The position numbers and the translations under genes are program-made. Source: Chiloscyllium plagiosum (lineage: Eukaryota). From it: 64,000 nucleotides of DNA. Numbering within the stretch: the stretch's first letter is position 1; each line of letters opens with the position of its first letter. The notes under the pieces were generated by a model. That model saw only the letters and a program-made list of their open reading frames with translations, was not told the DNA's origin and did not search any database. Positions 59,501 to 64,000 of this stretch are shown here, one piece after another. The DNA lies in assembly GCF_004010195.1 (NCBI RefSeq), contig NC_057753.1, forward strand, positions 5,131,513 to 5,195,512. The letters run 5' to 3'.

Positions 59501-59780
59501 TCAGTTTAAGGTTAGAGAGTGGAAAGAATTAAAGGGAACCTGAGGGGCAACATTTTTACACTGAGGGTAGTACACATATGGAATGAGCTGCCAGCAGGAG
59601 TGGTTGAGGTAGGTACATTACCAACATTTAAAAGGCATTTGGACAAATACATAGATAGGAAAGGTTTAGAAGGATATGGACCAAGTGCAGGGAATTTAGG
59701 TTAGTGTTAATGGACATTATGGTCTGCATGGACCAGTTTGGGACAAAGGGCCTGTCTCCGTGCTGTCGGACTCTATGACT
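56575..59780 (+). mobile_element. Nested plus-strand CR1-type LINE fragments
   Basis: NYRPVNLMSVV, FSKAFEKVPH, SGVPQGSVLSP and WNELP motifs. Confidence 0.85.
57020..57730. repeat. GT-rich tandem repeat (31-bp unit visible) flanking an assembly gap (N at 57067-57608)
   Basis: GGTGAGTCTGACAGTGGGG.TGTGTGCGGGC repeated at 57609-57700. Confidence 0.8.
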
Positions 59781-60089
59781 CTGATTTTGATTGGGAGAAG
59801 CTATTTGCAGCCAAAAGGATGTCTGGGAGGTGGGAGGCTTTCAGAAGTGAGTTAATGAGTGTTTAGGGCTAGCAATGTTCCTGTTAGAGTGAAATGTAAG
59901 GCTGGCATCAGGAGGGAACCTTGATTCCTGGAAGTTACTGAAGCCCTGGTCAAGAGAAAGGCATTTGGGATCAAGTGAATTCCTTGAGGAGTACAGAAGG
60001 TGTCGGAGTAGACTTGAGAGAGACATCAGGAGGGCCAAAAGGGGACTCTGATCTCCAGCATCTGCAGTCCTCACTTTCTCTTGGCTATC

Positions 60090-61430
60090 TACCTTAGTGA
60101 GCGACATTATCTCTGCCTCTCATGATTTTAAAGATCTCAACAAAGTTTCCGACACACCAGGGAAGAAAATCCAAACTCTCCTTATAACTCAAACCTTCCA
60201 GTCTCGGTAGCATCCTAGTAAATCTTCTCTGCACTCTTTCTTGTTTAAGAAGGTCCTTTCTATAGTAGGGTGACCACAATTGCCGCAGTACTCCAAATGT
60301 GGCTTCACCAACATTTTGTACAGCTGCAATAAGACACCCCAACTCCTAACTGGTCTAATTAGCAAGTTTGCGGATGACACAAAGATCGTTGGAGTTACGG
60401 GTAGTGAGGAGGATTGTCAGAGGATGCAGCAGGTTATAGATCAGTTAGAGGCATGGGCAGAAAAATGGCAGCTGGAGTTTAATCCGGACAAATGTGAAGC
60501 GATACATTTTGGATGGTCAAATACAGGTGGAAATTATACAGTGAATGGCAGAACCCTTAGGCGTATTGACATGCAGAGGGATCTGGGTGTGCAGACCCAC
60601 AGATCACTGAAGGTGGTAGTGCAGGAAAGGCCCATGGCATGTGTGCCTTCATTGGAAGGGGCATTGAGTATAAAGGCGGACAGGTTATGCTGCAGCTTTC
60701 TAGAACTTTAGTTCGGCCACACTTGGAATATTGCGTACAGTTCTGGTCACCACACTATGCTTCAGACTGGAAATTATGAGGCTTTTTGTTCCCAGGGTGG
60801 AGGGGTTAATTACTAGGGGACTCAGGCTCATGGTGCGGGGTGGAAACTTTAAAAAAGAGAGGTAGGAAGCTTAAAAGAGATGTGCGAGGCACTTTTTTTT
60901 TACAGAAAGGTGTGTGTCTGGAATGCACTACCAGAGGAGGTGGTGGACACAATTGTAGCATTCATGAAACACCTGGATGAAAACACGAATAGGAAGGGAA
61001 TAGAGGGAAACAGATCCTGGAAGTGAAGACAGCTTTAGTATGGAAGGGCAAAATGCGACAGAGCAGGCTTCGAGGGTTTGTTTCTGTGCTGTATTCTTCT
61101 TTGCTCTCCATCGCTTTTCCCCATGGTAATGGAGTTTAAAACTAGAGGGCATAAGTTTAAGGTGAGAGGGGAGAGACACGAAAGGGGGATTTTTTTTTTC
61201 CACACAGAGAGTGGTGAGTGTTGGAATGGACTGCCAGAGGTCATGGTGGAAGCGAGTACGATTTTGTCATTCAAGAAACATTTAGGTGGGTATATGGACG
61301 GGATAGGAATGGAGGGATACGGATCAAATGCAGGCAAATGGGATTAGTTTAATTGTGAAAACTGGGTGACATGCATAAGTTGGGCCGAAGGGCCTGCTTG
61401 CATGATGTAGACCTCGTTGAGTCTATGACA
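60090..61430. mobile_element. CR1-type fragments (60090-60345 minus; 60350-61430 plus)
   Basis: SKFADDTKIVG...WQLEFNPDKC; ERVQRRFTRMLP. Confidence 0.8.
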
Positions 61431-62214
61431 GCGAAGTAACAGTCCACACAGCTCTTAGTCAGGATGGCGTGTGGCTTGAAGGGGAACCTCTAGATGGTGG
61501 TATTCCAATGAAAATGCCAGCTTGTCCTTCTAGATGGCAGAGGTCACAGTTTTATAAGATGCAGGAGAAGGATTGTTGGTCAATTTTGGCAGTCCTTCTT
61601 CTAGACAGTCCACAGTGCGGCCTGTGTGTGTCAGTGTTAGAGTGAATATCAAAGGTGGTGGTTAGAATCAGATTTACAGAATTGTTACAGTGCAGAAGGA
61701 GGCAACGTGCCTGTGTGAGCTCTGAGAGTCTCACTGAGTGCTATTTTCCTGCCCACTACCCGTAACTTTGCACTTTGATGCTTTTCAAATAACTGTCTCA
61801 TTCTCTTTATGAATACCTTGATTGAAGCTTCCAAATTGAAGTATCAATTAACTGGGCTCCTTTCTTCTGTATGGGGTTGAGTTTCGGGAATGCGGTTGGT
61901 GCAGCTGTTATCTGTGCGATCAGGGAGTATTCTACTGTACTCCCAATTTTAGACAGTGGACAGACTTTGGGGAGAAGGGAGGGAAGCGAATTACCACAGA
62001 ATTCCCATCTCTGAGAAAGAAAGTCATTGCTGTATCAGCTGTAGTTGGTTGGATGGAGGACACAAGCGTGAGGAAGTTCTGGCATCCACAACAATCTTCC
62101 TTTGTGTTCGGGATTGCTCGAACAAGTGGACTGTTTTCACCCTGATTCCCATTGACTTCACGGTTACATGTAGCCTTGTTGTTAAGGGGAGTCACTCTCA
62201 CCTCACTTCAAGAA

Positions 62215-62500
62215 TTCAGCTGAAAATGTGTTGCTGGAAAAGCGCAGCAGGTCAGGCAGCATCCAAGGAACAGGAGAATCGACGTTTCGGGCAAATTCAG
62301 CTCCCAGGATATGCAGGTCCTGGGCCTGCTCCACCGCCAAACCAATACCACCTGACTCCTGGAGGAAGACTGCCTCCCATTTAACTCCCCACTCCCTTGT
62401 GCCACCTCCTCATTCCTGATTAAGAGCTTATGCTTGAAACGTCGATTCTCCTGCTCTTCAGATGCTGCCTGACCGGCTGTGCTTTTCCAGCAACACTCCT
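62215..62500. repeat. Hammerhead-family foldback arms separated by a spacer of about 120 bp
   Basis: GCTGAAAATGTGTTGCTGGAAAAGCG...GACGTTTCGGGC and a degenerate CTGATTA...GAAACGTCGATTC. Confidence 0.7.
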
Positions 62501-62624
62501 CGACCAGTTTTGGACCAGGTCTATCACGAGGTCAGCAGCTGAGTGGCCTTGGTGGAATCTGAACAGAAAGCCCAGTAAGCAGGTTATTGCTAAAAAATGC
62601 TTCACAGAACTGCCAAAAGTCGGG

Positions 62625-63405
62625 TGACAGTGCTGCCTCACCGCAACGGAGGTGCAGATTGGATTCCAGCCTCAGGGGACTGTCTGTGTTGGAGTTTGCA
62701 AATTCTCTCCGTATCTTCATGGGTTTCCTCCGGGTTCTCCGGTTTCCTCCCACAGTCCAAAGCTGAGCTGATTAGGTGGATTGGCCATGCTAAATTGACC
62801 AGGAGGTCCAGGGATGTGCAGGCCAGGTGGATTAGCCATGGGAAATGTGGGATTATAGGGGGAGATAAGGGGGTTTGGTTTGGCTGGGATGCTCTTCAGA
62901 GGGTTGGTGTGGACTCGAGGCTCTGAATGGTCTACTTGCACACTGTCAGAAATCTATAATTCAATGAATTCCATTTTCCATCAGTTTGCTGATGACCGGA
63001 ATTAGACCAAAGAAGCAGTTATTGCTTTAATTGCCACTAGTGGGGACATCTCGAAATAGGATACACTATTGTGGGCGGCACGGTGGTACAGTGGTTAGCA
63101 CTGCTGCCACACAGTGCCAGAGACCCAGGTTCAATTCCCGCCTCAGGTGACTGACTGTGGGGAGTTTGCATGTTGTCCCTGTGTCTGTGTGGGTTTCGTC
63201 CGGGTGTTCCGGTTTCCTCCCACAGTCCAAAGATGTGCAGGTCAGGTGAATTGGCCATGCTAAATTGCCTGCAGTGTTAGGGAAGGGGTAAATGTAAATG
63301 TAGGGGTTGGGGTATGGGTGGGTTGCGCTTCGGCGGGTCGGTGTGGACTTGTTGGGCCGAAGGGCCTGTTTCCACACTGTAATGTAATGTAATCTAATCT
63401 AATCT
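62625..63405 (+). mobile_element. Two HE1-like SINEs (62625-62960 degenerate; 63072-63405 well preserved)
   Basis: A/B boxes, (TCTAA)n tail. Confidence 0.85.
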
Positions 63406-63894
63406 ATTTACAGAATAGAGGGAAGGACATTTGCTTATCCGAGGAAAGGGAAGGTCTGGAATTCCCTACCCAGAGAATTGTGGAAGGTAGATCACTGGCA
63501 GAAATTAAAGAGGATTTAGATAGATTATTGAATGTCAGGGTGTTGAGGGATATGAGGAACTGGCAAAAAAGTGAAGTTGAAGCTTGGGGTAAGTAGGCCT
63601 TGATCTTTTAAAATAGCTTGAGAGGATGAATGACCCAAGCCTGCTCCTATTTCCCTGTTCATTCCAACTCCCTGTGAAAGGAATTTGCAAACTCCCTCAC
63701 TTTTAGTCCAGGATAGAAATTCGAAAGACCCAATATTTTTTTCATGGGTGGAAGTTGCTGTGCACAAATCCTCCCCTTCTAACCCGCTGTCAAAGCAGTT
63801 CCCAGCTGCAGTTTCTAACTGGGGTCTTGGGGATGGGGGGCATGTTCCTGTCTCAAGGTTCCGCCCTTTGTCCCTTTAAATCCCACCCTCGGTC

Positions 63895-64000
63895 CTTCCA
63901 GCTCCAGCGCCGGCGAAGCGCATGCTTCGCACCGCTGTCCAGTCCCGCCCCTTCATTGACTCCGATTGGTTGGAGGACCAGCGCTGTCCTCCGGTCCTCC
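63895..64000 (+). promoter_or_regulatory. Start of another ZNF-type CpG promoter, truncated by the window edge
   Basis: CCCGCCCCTTCATT...ATTGGTTGGAGGAC matches 40761-40796; GCGCATGC at 63918. Confidence 0.6.

Overview
Eukaryotic, repeat-dense vertebrate DNA, almost certainly from a cartilaginous fish (shark). The evidence is many HE1-like tRNA-derived SINEs with (TCTAA)n tails and CR1/HER1-type LINEs. The window is part of a tandem C2H2 zinc-finger gene cluster. It holds three intact finger-only genes (903-1865, about 10663-11616, 41516-42445), one frameshifted gene on the minus strand (23693-24282), one decayed pseudogene and four related CpG-rich promoter-like segments with NRF1 and YY1 or CCAAT/GC-box motifs. 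Most remaining sequence is transposon-derived: CR1 LINEs (one long copy with an esterase ORF1), Rex1/Babar-like fragments, Penelope-like elements, LTR relics and SINEs. The most notable unannotated signals are: (i) an intronless, internally deleted RBPMS2-like retrocopy inside an LTR/ERV-like element, just upstream of a polypurine tract and 3' LTR; (ii) numerous minimal type-I hammerhead ribozyme motifs carried by Penelope termini and by short foldback insertions with target-site duplications; (iii) one ZNF coding region shifted to very high GC, with matching amino-acid changes; (iv) a segmental duplication of a ZNF 3' flank and a near-identical 743-bp tandem duplication. All identifications come from reading the sequence and recalled family motifs. 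No searches were run, and repeat boundaries are approximate.
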